Positions 48,097-57,592 of a stretch of 64,000 bases of DNA are shown here, one piece after another (position 1 is the stretch's first letter; each line of letters begins with the position of its first letter). The translations under genes and the position numbers were made by a program. The stretch comes from an uncultured Chlamydiae bacterium (GTDB lineage Bacteria; Chlamydiota; Chlamydiia; Chlamydiales; JAJFMA01). The notes under the pieces were generated by a model. It saw nothing but the letters and a program-made list of their open reading frames with translations, was not told where the DNA came from and searched no databases. The DNA is taken from contig CAVQMM010000001.1 in the NCBI GenBank assembly GCA_963713615.1, positions 32,001-96,000 of the forward strand. The letters are read 5' to 3'.

Positions 48097-48720
48097 GTGC
48101 CAAAAGTAGATACCCTTTTTGTAGATCTTGGTGGAGTTCTTCTCACGAATGGTTGGGATCGTGTCGCACGCAAGAATGCGGCCCAGCAATTTGAGTTGGA
48201 TTGGGAAGACTTCGAAGACCGCCATAAGCGGGTGTACGACGACCATGAAAAGGATAAAATCACCCTTAACGAGTATTTGAATGCGGTTATATTCTGGAAG
48301 GAACGACCATTTACTCTAGAACAATTTCGAGCTTTCGTTTTTGCACAATCCAAGCCCTTTCCCGAAATGCTTAATTTTGTCAGTAGCCTCAAAAAAGACC
48401 ATCAGCTTAAGGTGATTGCTATTAGCAATGAGGGACGCGACTTGGCTGAATACCGTATTAAGACATTTCGGTTAGATTCCGTTATTGATACTTTCTTTGT
48501 ATCTTGTTTTGTGCATTACCAGAAACCTGACCCACATATTTACCAAATGGCATTAGATGTTCTACAAATGGCCAAGGACAGAATCATTTATGTCGATGAC
48601 CGTCCAAACCTTATTGAGGCAGGGGCTAAGTTAGGGATTCGCGGTATTGTTCACACATCTTTTGAAAGTACTCGTTCACAACTATTATCACTCTGGGAAC
48701 CTTCCGGAGTCATTCACTAG
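48097..48720 (+). CDS. HAD family phosphatase (YihX-like)
   Basis: DLGGVL, ISNE, KPDPHIY, VDDR. Confidence 0.9.
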   Translation: MPKVDTLFVDLGGVLLTNGWDRVARKNAAQQFELDWEDFEDRHKRVYDDHEKDKITLNEYLNAVIFWKERPFTLEQFRAFVFAQSKPFPEMLNFVSSLKKDHQLKVIAISNEGRDLAEYRIKTFRLDSVIDTFFVSCFVHYQKPDPHIYQMALDVLQMAKDRIIYVDDRPNLIEAGAKLGIRGIVHTSFESTRSQLLSLWEPSGVIH

Positions 48721-48730
48721 ACAGGGAGAC

Positions 48731-49354
48731 ATGTTTATGAATTCGAAGTTTTTGGCAACCTTTGCCGTAGCAGCCGCCCTTAGCACGAATGTGATGGGTA
48801 TAGGCCTAGGAGTCCAGCTAGGACCATTTGAGCTGGGTTTGGGTTTAGGAGTTAACGATAATGGTGGCGATGTGGATAACCGCCTCTATAGGTTTGAAGA
48901 CCCCATTTGCTATGCTATCGGAAACCGACGCCTCTTAGAGATGGACGTGGAATGGAAGGAGCGTGTTAGTAAAACGGAAACGACGTCGACTCTGAAGCGC
49001 ATCACTATTGAGCCCTATTTGTTTGGTCGGGCGGAGAATGGTCAGCCAGTCCTACGAGGCAATATCGTTGCAGAAAGAGTGTTGCGAGAGATCTCTGTTA
49101 AGTATGGCGATGAAGCTCAGGGGCAGTTTGATGAAGAACAGGACGTTTCAGGACCGTTGTCAGGCACCTATCGCACTCCACCCAAGGGCAAGAGCGGTAG
49201 AGGTGTACAGACAGTGAATATTCGACGCGTTGCAAGTATTCGAGTCGTAGAAGGCGGCCACTTTGTACCGCCAAAAGATTATAATCAAATCTTCCAAGGC
49301 GATGTTGCCGAGGTGATTTGTACAGTGACACCTTCTAATGGGCCTCGTTCTTAG
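48731..49354 (+). CDS. Signal-peptide protein with WYL-like domain
   Basis: Sec-type leader; ICYAI..RRLL...R.TIEPY.FG....G..VL...NIRRVASIRV....F.PP.DY. Confidence 0.6.
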   Translation: MFMNSKFLATFAVAAALSTNVMGIGLGVQLGPFELGLGLGVNDNGGDVDNRLYRFEDPICYAIGNRRLLEMDVEWKERVSKTETTSTLKRITIEPYLFGRAENGQPVLRGNIVAERVLREISVKYGDEAQGQFDEEQDVSGPLSGTYRTPPKGKSGRGVQTVNIRRVASIRVVEGGHFVPPKDYNQIFQGDVAEVICTVTPSNGPRS

Positions 49355-49386
49355 CGGGCGAATAACAAGTTTATACCGTTCTTGAC

Positions 49387-49505
49387 TCACAATCGTATCT
49401 CGGCGCGCAGCGCTCCCAATAACTTAAAGGTTGGCTGGCGCAATTTCCTATGTGGCGCAGTCATTCCATGACTGCGCCACATAGGAAATTGCGCCAGCCA
49501 ACCTT
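49387..49505. repeat. Family A terminus fragment followed by family J palindrome
   Basis: TCACAATCGTATCTCGGCGCGCAGCGCT, then a perfect 38-bp-arm inverted repeat at 49427-49505. Confidence 0.85.
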
Positions 49506-49529
49506 GGGGAAACCGTATCACTACGCTTA

Positions 49530-50312
49530 TCACTCATCCAATAGTGTTTTTCGCTTCGTAGAACTGGACTCAGGGACCCTGAACACAACCGGTTGATGCT
49601 GTATTTGCGATGATTCCAAAGGTCTATTGGAGTTGTTAACCATTTGCATGGAGTGTTCGTAACCAAACTGTTGGCGAAGGATTGGATTCTCAGTGACAAG
49701 ATGTTTGCAAGACTCTGCAAGAGTAATAATAACCTCTTTGGCAACCATCGTGTCGGAGCGGATAATGTGAACACAACGCTGGCATCTAAGGCAAGGCAAG
49801 AGACGGTTCAGGAATATAACACCCTCGTTTCCAGGCTCATTGCTACGCTCGATATAAAGGGTGCGTAACCGTTTGCATGCTGCTATTTCTCTATATAGTT
49901 CACGAACAGGCGAATAATCAGATAGGTAGATCTCTTCCAAATGTTCTCCATGCTTTATGATTAAAGCTTGGATTACGGAGTGGTCGATATGAGTAGATCT
50001 AAAATCCACCCCTTTTAGAATGGAATATTGCCATAAAATTTGAATGAGTGTTGCGACAATCGAAACATGGTGGCCCTTGAAATTGACATATTGCGCAGAT
50101 CTGTCGATAACTATACTGGGGTTGTCGGAAATCACAACGTCAGAATATTTGCTTCGCAGGTGCATGGTAGGCACTACAATAGGCGAAACAGCTGAATTGG
50201 GTCTGAGGGCTAATGCTGATGAACCCACTGATGCTACCGGAGTTGCACTGATGTTTCCTGATACAGGAATAACTGGAACTGAAGATCTAGGTCCTACAGA
50301 CGGAAATTCCAT
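49530..50312 (-). CDS. Degenerate LRR (RNI-like) protein, candidate effector
   Basis: LKGVDFR, HLEEIYLS, LRTLYIE; Ser/Pro-rich N-terminus. Confidence 0.6.
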   Translation of the reverse strand: MEFPSVGPRSSVPVIPVSGNISATPVASVGSSALALRPNSAVSPIVVPTMHLRSKYSDVVISDNPSIVIDRSAQYVNFKGHHVSIVATLIQILWQYSILKGVDFRSTHIDHSVIQALIIKHGEHLEEIYLSDYSPVRELYREIAACKRLRTLYIERSNEPGNEGVIFLNRLLPCLRCQRCVHIIRSDTMVAKEVIITLAESCKHLVTENPILRQQFGYEHSMQMVNNSNRPLESSQIQHQPVVFRVPESSSTKRKTLLDE

Positions 50313-50446
50313 ATTATAATCTATATTTTACGATGTGGTTAATTTTACTATTCGTTTTAAATAAGTATAAATGTAACATGTCTTATAATCCTTGTCAAGG
50401 AAGTACATGTCAGTATCAGGCAATCGCATTATATAAAACTATTGAG

Positions 50447-50481
50447 CCAACTTCGTCCAGTGGTGCACGGGACGAAGTTGG
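50447..50481. terminator. Hairpin downstream of 50538-51560
   Basis: CCAACTTCGTCC-N11-GGACGAAGTTGG. Confidence 0.6.
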
Positions 50482-50537
50482 GTTGAGTATTCAAACTGTG
50501 ACTATCGTAACCCTTAGAGGACTCTGATGTCGATGCA

Positions 50538-51560
50538 TCAGAGGGCTTCGGGGTTTTGCAGGAGTTGTCGAATTCGATCTGAGGAGGTAAGACTATTGCA
50601 GCCCCTTAGATCAATTAATGCAGGTTTATTGTTGCGCGATCCTATAGCTCCAACTACGTTTTCAGATAGATTGGGTACATGAAGAGCGACCTGTTGCAAC
50701 TTAGGTAGATAATATTTGAGAGCGTTAGATAGATGAATTTGCCTTGCAGGGGCTGTGTCAGGCATACTAATGTGGAGAACACGTAACTTCGAACAATTGT
50801 ATAAAATCTCATTAGTAATGCCTATTAGGGTACGACCATCTAAATAAAGTTCTTCCAGTTGGCTATAGGAGCGGTATGATAAGCTTCTGAAGCCCGCAAT
50901 GTTAGCGTTACAACCCCTTAAGTCCAATCCCTTTAGATTCGTAAAATGCGACAAGGTCATATAATGCACTTCGGGAAGCTTCTCGCCATTTGTACGAACC
51001 TTGATGTATTGAGTTGATTTGTTAAGAACGGATATTCCAGCAGGATCGATCTCTTGATAAGGAATTCCATCAATACTTGTGAGTGGCTGATTCACAGGCT
51101 CTTCAAAGACCTGTGACCACATAAACTGGCCTAGGACTGGAGGGGGTGTGTTTGTCAGGTTCATCTCGGGATTGGCTATGGGCTGTGGTGCTGGAGCTGG
51201 GGAGAGAATTGGTGCTATCACTTGTGGTGGTAGGTCTAGCGGACTCGGAAAATTGTTCGATAATGTGTTAAATGGGGGCACAGGAGACTGGATTTGGAGC
51301 GAAGTGGGTGCGTTTGTCAGGTTCATCACAGGAGTAATTATGGGCTGTGGCTGTGGTGCTGGGGAGAGAATTGGTGCTATCAGTTGTGGTGGAAGGTCTT
51401 GCGGACTCGGAAAATTGTGCGATAATGTGTTAAATGAGGGCACTGGAGAGAAGACTGGTGGCATAGTCGGTGATGGAGTATTAGGAAATGTAGGAAGAGA
51501 GTTAATTGATGGCAATGAATTGTTATTATTATTGTTATAGCCTATAGGATAAGAATACAT
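50538..51560 (-). CDS. Pro-rich repeat plus LRR protein, candidate effector
   Basis: Duplicated Pro-rich unit; LKGLDLRGC, LEELYLDG, LRVLHIS, IDLRGC. Confidence 0.7.
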   Translation of the reverse strand: MYSYPIGYNNNNNNSLPSINSLPTFPNTPSPTMPPVFSPVPSFNTLSHNFPSPQDLPPQLIAPILSPAPQPQPIITPVMNLTNAPTSLQIQSPVPPFNTLSNNFPSPLDLPPQVIAPILSPAPAPQPIANPEMNLTNTPPPVLGQFMWSQVFEEPVNQPLTSIDGIPYQEIDPAGISVLNKSTQYIKVRTNGEKLPEVHYMTLSHFTNLKGLDLRGCNANIAGFRSLSYRSYSQLEELYLDGRTLIGITNEILYNCSKLRVLHISMPDTAPARQIHLSNALKYYLPKLQQVALHVPNLSENVVGAIGSRNNKPALIDLRGCNSLTSSDRIRQLLQNPEAL

Positions 51561-51680
51561 GAAAGATCCTTGATTGTTTTGTTAGGTTGTTGTTCTAAAG
51601 TAATAACAATATAGAAGGTTATCTAACTTTAATGAAAGTGTCAAGTCAAAAGCAATCATGGACCATTTCATCTGTAGGGT

Positions 51681-51746
51681 TATACCATGCGCGGGTAGGT
51701 TTTGCACATTTCGACTGCACCAAAGAACCTACCCGCGTGTGGTATA
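51681..51746. repeat. Longest TATACC...GGTATA palindromic element (family G)
   Basis: TATACCATGCGCGGGTAGGTT...AACCTACCCGCGTGTGGTATA; shorter relatives at 5077, 7412, 9001 and 44004. Confidence 0.8.
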
Positions 51747-51758
51747 AAGACTAAGCTC

Positions 51759-52328
51759 TTACAAGAGTCTATGAGCCGAGACGGGAAGTTGAGCTTTAAG
51801 CTCTGGAATAGCATCTACGAAGGCTCTGACATTAGCATCGCGCTCATAGAGACTTTGCAGAACTTGGGGATTGCGAGCTGTCCAAACAGATGCTAAAACG
51901 ACGTCAGAACGAAAATAGGGAATAAAGAGATCAGGCCAACGCATCAGTAGGTCATTGGTTAGTAGGTCTTCAGACTTACTGAGTAGGCGAGGATTGTTTT
52001 TGATGTAGGCATGGGTCTCCTCAGAAGTGAACCACTTCTTAGCGGTTACATTGTCCCTTTTGAGCCAGAGGTTAAGGAGATAAGGACGAATACTTACAAG
52101 TTGATTGAAGAGCTTCGGATCTTCCTGGTACAGCGTTGTAATACGCGTGGTGTCATCGGTCATCCAATGTAGACCCCAGTCTGGATACTTTTGAAAGACA
52201 ACTTCCCGCTGGTCAGGGTGAGCCGCCCAATATTTTGTAAACTCAGGATAGTCCTTTATCGTCGGAGCAGCCGACACAAAAGCAGCTCCTACTAAGACTG
52301 GAAATAACCAAGACCTGGGGATCTTCAT
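51759..52328 (-). CDS. Secreted hypothetical protein
   Basis: Signal peptide MKIPRSWLFPVLVGAAFVSA; Trp/Pro-spaced helical segments. Confidence 0.7.
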   Translation of the reverse strand: MKIPRSWLFPVLVGAAFVSAAPTIKDYPEFTKYWAAHPDQREVVFQKYPDWGLHWMTDDTTRITTLYQEDPKLFNQLVSIRPYLLNLWLKRDNVTAKKWFTSEETHAYIKNNPRLLSKSEDLLTNDLLMRWPDLFIPYFRSDVVLASVWTARNPQVLQSLYERDANVRAFVDAIPELKAQLPVSAHRLL

Positions 52329-52421
52329 CGCCTACCTATTTTTGGGTGTATCGTAGCTTGATTGGTCTTTATCAGGCAATTTTATCGATTGGAAAAAGGA
52401 ATGTGAGGAAAGAGTTAAGGA

Positions 52422-52862
52422 GAGGGAGAAGGGGAGGTTTGTGAGGGATTTTTTTACCACAGAGGCCGCAGGAGACGCCGAGATAGGAGAGAGAGGATTG
52501 GGAAAGAGGAGAAGAGAATGTCCCGTTTATGAAACCTTGGGCAAATCCTGTCTAAGGGCCCCCTGAAGAGAGCATCGTTTTGGTAAAGCCCTTAGACAGG
52601 ATTTGCCCAAGGTTTCATAAACGGGACAGGCGCTCAATCTAACTTTTTTTGTTAAATTGAGGACCTGTCCATTTTGGCTCGTACAATCCTGTCTGAGGTT
52701 TCTAAAGGGCTGTATCCTTGCGAGAACCCCTCAGACGGAATTGTGTACAGAGCCAGTAAATGGACATTCTCTTCTCCTCTTTCCCAATCCTCTCTCTCCT
52801 ATCTCGGCGTCTCTGCGGCCTCTGTGGTAAAAAAATCCCTCACAGACCTTCCCCTCTCCCTC
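52422..52862. repeat. Family I palindromic element with three internal hairpins
   Basis: About 100-bp purine/pyrimidine outer arms; inner perfect 41-bp stem at 52519-52628. Confidence 0.88.
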
Positions 52863-52886
52863 TTCTTATCTTCTTCCTTCTCTCTT

Positions 52887-53771
52887 CTATTTCGGCGTCT
52901 GGGCCTCTTTAGCTGGCGGAGCGTGGAGTTCTTTAAAAATAGGTCTAGGCTGGTGAGTGACATAGGCAGCCACATCGAGAGCTTGTTCGATGGTTAGGTG
53001 GGGATCTTGATAGGGCATATTGTGATAGACAAATGAAGCCATCTTATCCAGCTTATTGATACCTGCGGCATTGTTAAAAGATTCATTTCCCCATAAGGGA
53101 GGATAGCTCAAATCGTAGAGACGAGCCTGACCCTCGCCATTTCCTCCGTGGCACTTGGCGCATTCTACGGCAAAGACTTTGCCACCATTTTCGATATTTG
53201 GAACATGGTGGCTGCGAAGTTCTTTTAAGCCTAGCCAGTTTTCTTCAGGAACAGAGGTTACACCGCTAGAAATCCAGTCGAGGTAAGCAATCATGGCGGC
53301 CATCTCGTGGCTACCTGGGGGGAGAGGACGCCCATTGAGACTGCGCAGAAAGCAGCCGTTGATGCGTCCTTCTAGGGTGATCGAATTGCCATTAGGAAGC
53401 TTACGGGGATAGACCTTTGAGACACCCACCAGTGAGATGCCTCCATTTCTTCCACCCATCGTAGCGCCACCGCAGAAGTGGCAGTTATTGCAGCTGATGA
53501 TATCGCCAGCATATTCAGGGCAGTGTGCTTTGGTTTCCAACATGCATCTAAAGCCATGCATGACAAGTGGCTTGATCTCATCTGGAGCCATTTGAGGGTC
53601 TAGGAGAGCAATTTGGCCAAAGGAAGCTGCTTTCTCGTCAGGGCGAAATGCTTCGCCGGTATTAACCTCAGATTTTCCTCCAGGGAGGATAGCTTTATAG
53701 CATATCGTACCAGCTATCCCAAGCCCAATGAGGAGCCCAAATACGCCTGTCAGAATGCGGCTCTTTAGCAT
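52887..53771 (-). CDS. tsdA: Diheme cytochrome c, thiosulfate dehydrogenase/tetrathionate reductase-like
   Basis: CNNCH and CAKCH; RINGCFLRSLNG (active-site Cys); PPLWG.ESFN; NMP; N-terminal TM. Confidence 0.8.
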   Translation of the reverse strand: MLKSRILTGVFGLLIGLGIAGTICYKAILPGGKSEVNTGEAFRPDEKAASFGQIALLDPQMAPDEIKPLVMHGFRCMLETKAHCPEYAGDIISCNNCHFCGGATMGGRNGGISLVGVSKVYPRKLPNGNSITLEGRINGCFLRSLNGRPLPPGSHEMAAMIAYLDWISSGVTSVPEENWLGLKELRSHHVPNIENGGKVFAVECAKCHGGNGEGQARLYDLSYPPLWGNESFNNAAGINKLDKMASFVYHNMPYQDPHLTIEQALDVAAYVTHQPRPIFKELHAPPAKEAQTPK

Positions 53772-53803
53772 AGTGCTCCCTATCTAGATGTATGAAACCT
53801 GTA

Positions 53804-55615
53804 CTAAAGCAGTCCTTGCTGCTTTTTGTCCAGCTCATCCCAGCGTAGATAGAGTTGTTCGATCTGATTTTCAGCTAATGCTACAGCAGAACAGATTTCC
53901 TGCAAGCGGACTGGATTTTGGGCTATGGCACTGTCTTCTAGGAGACGATTGAGGCTCTGGACCTCTTCTTCCAGCTTGCCTATCTTTTCCTCGATCTGGT
54001 CATACTCTCGCTTTTCGCCATAGGAAAGCTTGCCTTTAGACGAAGAACTTTCACTACGTTTTTCTTTCTCTTTGGGCTTCGGAGGCGAAGCAACAGCCTC
54101 GCGAGATTTTTGTGAGGCTTCCCACTGGGAATATTCGGCGTATAGGTCGGTGTTGTCAGGATCACCCAGCGCTAAAAAGCCATTACAAATGCGGTCTAGC
54201 ATGCAGCGGTCGTGGGTGATAAGGACGACGGCTCCAGGAAACTCCAGGAGGCTTTCTTCAAGAGTCTCCAGAGTTGGAATATCGAGATCATTGGTTGGTT
54301 CATCCAATAAGAGCACATCAGCCGGCTGGAGCATGAGATGAGCGATAGAGATACGGGCTCTCTCGCCTCCGGAAAGCTTTCCAAGAGGCATGTCGAGAAC
54401 TTCTGGCGCAAACAGAAAGCGCTTACACCAGCCATTGACGTGAATGGGTTGTCCTCGAAACATCACATAGTCGCCATTAGGGGCAAGCGCTTGACGCAAG
54501 GGGATATTGTCTGGAAGCTTGGTGCGGTGCTGATCGAAGTAGACAATTTGAAGGCCATCAGCCCTTTTGATCGTGCCTTGTTCAGGCAAGATCTCTTCGT
54601 TGAGCAGGCGCAATAAAGTCGTTTTGCCTGATCCATTAGGACCCATCAGGCCTATACGTGTGCCAGGCGTCAGCGAGAGGTCGAGATTACGAAAAAGAGT
54701 GCGTTCACCTGCTGTCCTGCACAGGTTCTTGCCAACGAGAAGTTTTTGCGTCTCCCTTTCAGTAGCAACAAAATCGATGTTTGCTGTGCGCTGACGGTTG
54801 CGCCCTTGAACCTGAGAAAGTTCCTCTAATAGTTCGTGGGCGTCATCAACACGGGATTGCGCTTTGGTTGTGCGAGCCTTGGGTGACCTTCTAAGCCATT
54901 CAGTTTCCTTGCGTGCCTTTGATGCCAGCCCTCGTTCCTGCTGGAGTTGGCCAGCTAAAAATTCACCTTTGAGTTGCAAAAACTGAGAGTAGGAGCCATC
55001 GATGGAAAAGAGGCCCTCCGGATAGACCTTATCGATCTCAATGATTTTATTGGTGGCATTTTGTAGAAAATAGCGGTCGTGGCTGACAAGGAGGTAGGTA
55101 GGGGCCTCTCTGGCCAGAAATTTTTCCAGCCATAGAATTCCTTCCAAATCCAAGTGGTTAGTGGGTTCATCCAGCAAAAGTAGGTCGGGCGACAGGATGA
55201 GCTCGCGGGCCAAGGCCAGACGCTTTTTCCATCCACCGGATAGGATCGCTGCCGAAGATTCCATTCCAGTAAAGCCTAGCTTGCTGAGCCACGTGCTCGC
55301 CAACCTTTCTTTTTCGTATTCTGGGGTGTCGCTGTCACCTTTTAAAGCTTCTACAAGAATGGTCTGAGGGGACAGATCTGGAAATTCGCACGTCTGCGGA
55401 ACGTATCCGATGCGAAGGCCACGGCGTGGAGACAGGATCCCTTCGTCGGGTTTATCAAGACCTGCTAGAATTTTCAAGAGCGTGGTTTTGCCTGATCCAT
55501 TGGGACCGATCAAGCCGACGTGATCATCTTGAAATAGGCTTAAGGACAAATTCCGAAATAAATTTCGGGTTCCGATGGATTTGGATACTGATTGGCAATT
55601 ATAGAGTAAGCTCAT
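53804..55615 (-). CDS. uup: ABC-F family ATPase, Uup-like
   Basis: Two GPNGSGKTT / LSGG / LLDEPTN cassettes, KARTTKAQSR linker, KLSY.EKRE coiled-coil tail. Confidence 0.88.
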   Translation of the reverse strand: MSLLYNCQSVSKSIGTRNLFRNLSLSLFQDDHVGLIGPNGSGKTTLLKILAGLDKPDEGILSPRRGLRIGYVPQTCEFPDLSPQTILVEALKGDSDTPEYEKERLASTWLSKLGFTGMESSAAILSGGWKKRLALARELILSPDLLLLDEPTNHLDLEGILWLEKFLAREAPTYLLVSHDRYFLQNATNKIIEIDKVYPEGLFSIDGSYSQFLQLKGEFLAGQLQQERGLASKARKETEWLRRSPKARTTKAQSRVDDAHELLEELSQVQGRNRQRTANIDFVATERETQKLLVGKNLCRTAGERTLFRNLDLSLTPGTRIGLMGPNGSGKTTLLRLLNEEILPEQGTIKRADGLQIVYFDQHRTKLPDNIPLRQALAPNGDYVMFRGQPIHVNGWCKRFLFAPEVLDMPLGKLSGGERARISIAHLMLQPADVLLLDEPTNDLDIPTLETLEESLLEFPGAVVLITHDRCMLDRICNGFLALGDPDNTDLYAEYSQWEASQKSREAVASPPKPKEKEKRSESSSSKGKLSYGEKREYDQIEEKIGKLEEEVQSLNRLLEDSAIAQNPVRLQEICSAVALAENQIEQLYLRWDELDKKQQGLL

Positions 55616-55761
55616 GGAAACATGTTAACACGTCTGGCATGGTTCGTGTAGCTCTTTTAGCTCTGAGGGACAAAAAGCACCACTTTTGTCTTTGTCTCGA
55701 TTTAGGAATGTTCACTGCAGAGACGCCTAGAAGCTGAAGTCGTTAAGTCTTGGTTCTTTAT

Positions 55762-57021
55762 TTAGATGGGGGAGGTGTTGTCTATGTTATCAGGAGAGCT
55801 GCGCTTTAAACGATTGACGCTGCTCAAATCTACGCTGTTCTCAAATATTTCCTGTACTTTTACCCTCGTCAAATTGTCTTTACCTGGTTGCTGAGTGATG
55901 TCTAGGTTTAGCTCGATGATTTGAAAGTCTTGTTGACGCAATGCTAGAGTTTTTAGCCCCTCCGCAGATAGCTGTGAAGCAGAAATTTTAAGCCGAGGAA
56001 CCTTTGGCAGATGGCTCAACAAAGGATTTATATCACCATTCGTGTCAATTCCGAGGAATTGAAGGTCGGGGCAATCAGAGAGAGCATTAAAAACTGAGCG
56101 GTTTACGGCATATCCATCTAAATAGAGCTCGCGAAGATGACGTCCATATTTGTCGATTAACGTTTCGACAAGCGTGGTATTTCCGTAGCGTCCTCGAAGA
56201 TCCATACCATAAATTGTTTCTCGCATCTGAAATAAATGGAAAAAAAGGTTTTGCGACACCCAATGTCCTGTTCTACCACCAAACTGAAGGTAACAGTCTT
56301 GTCGATTCAGGGGTTTTGGGTTCACCAGGTCCACTCTCGTATAGGGGATGCCTTCTTGACTTAAGGTAGTTGCGCATGGATCCGTGGCTTGGGACGATAG
56401 AATCAACTTTAGGAAGGAAGCTGGATCTGCTGAATTTACGTGTATAGCGATGTTCGAAGATGGATTTGTGGAGAACTGATGAGGCAAAAAGATGATAGTA
56501 GAAGGATTGTGATTAAGAAATGACTGAAAAAAACCAGGTTCGTTAACGATTTTACAGCCTCTTAAATCGACAAACTGAAGCTTTTTACAGTTTTTTGCAA
56601 GGATGTCGAGTAACTCCGAGTCCAAAAGATGAGGCGCATGAAACTCAAAATTTCGAAGATTAGTGAGTTTAGGTAATCGTTCCTTCAGACTTGGGAAACA
56701 CGTTGCTTCAGTTTTAATGTATAGAGTATGAAGATTTGAACAACTAGCTAATGCGTCAAGTATTTTCTTGCATTTGTTATGAGATGTGTAGTACAACTCT
56801 TGCAGGCTATAATCGTTATTTTTTATCAATCTTACAACAATGGCCTGGATATGCTTTTGTTGTGCATTGGCCGCAATGCCCTTGAGAGATCGCGTTTTAA
56901 AATCTTCCATACGATGACGTGATGATAGAGATTCTGATCCAATTAATTGAACATATTTTTGTTCGGGATTTGCATTGTTCGGTTGTTTAATGTTTACTTT
57001 CGAATATATAGAACCTTCCAT
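55762..57021 (-). CDS. LRR protein with two modules related to the 49530 and 50538 proteins, candidate effector
   Basis: LQELYY, LHTLYI, LQFVDLRGC, GIPY..VD, GMDLRG, HLRELYLDG. Confidence 0.7.
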   Translation of the reverse strand: MEGSIYSKVNIKQPNNANPEQKYVQLIGSESLSSRHRMEDFKTRSLKGIAANAQQKHIQAIVVRLIKNNDYSLQELYYTSHNKCKKILDALASCSNLHTLYIKTEATCFPSLKERLPKLTNLRNFEFHAPHLLDSELLDILAKNCKKLQFVDLRGCKIVNEPGFFQSFLNHNPSTIIFLPHQFSTNPSSNIAIHVNSADPASFLKLILSSQATDPCATTLSQEGIPYTRVDLVNPKPLNRQDCYLQFGGRTGHWVSQNLFFHLFQMRETIYGMDLRGRYGNTTLVETLIDKYGRHLRELYLDGYAVNRSVFNALSDCPDLQFLGIDTNGDINPLLSHLPKVPRLKISASQLSAEGLKTLALRQQDFQIIELNLDITQQPGKDNLTRVKVQEIFENSVDLSSVNRLKRSSPDNIDNTSPI

Positions 57022-57113
57022 ACTAAGTAACTTTACTTATTAATTAATTTGATGTCAAGGAGCGGAGCATTCCTTTATAAAGTGGCTAATTCGGAGTCTT
57101 GGGGAAGAATTGG

Positions 57114-57526
57114 GGTTCATCCGGTTTTGTAGGACTTGACAACACAGGCAGGAGCGAGGAGGGAAAGAAGAGGAGGATTAGGAATTAGGATTTACACAGA
57201 GAACGCCGAGACGCCGAGGTAGGAGAGAGAGGATTAGGAGAGAACGTGCCATTTGTGGAGCCTCAGGCAAAACTCTGTCTAAGGGCCGTTTGAGAGGTAT
57301 TGTTTTGATGAAAGCCCTTAGACAGAGTTTTGCCTGAGGCTCCACAAATGGCTCAGGTGCTCAATCTAACTTTTTTGTTAAATTGAGTAGCTGAATGTGC
57401 TTTCCTCTTCCTCTCTCTCCTACCTCGGCGTCTCGGCGTTCTCTGTGTAAATCCTAATTCCTAATCCTCCTCTTTCCCTCCTCGCTCTCTGCCTGCGTAG
57501 TCAAGTCCTACAAAACCGGATGAGCC
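57114..57526. mobile_element. 413-bp family I palindromic MITE with target-site duplication
   Basis: Termini GG(T/C)TCATCCGGTTTTGTAGGACTTGAC; 8-bp DR AGAATTGG at 57106-57113 and 57527-57534. Confidence 0.88.
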
Positions 57527-57592
57527 AGAATTGGGAGGGCTGGCTGAAAAAGAACTACACCAATGGCCTATACCTATGCTAACATATCGCGC

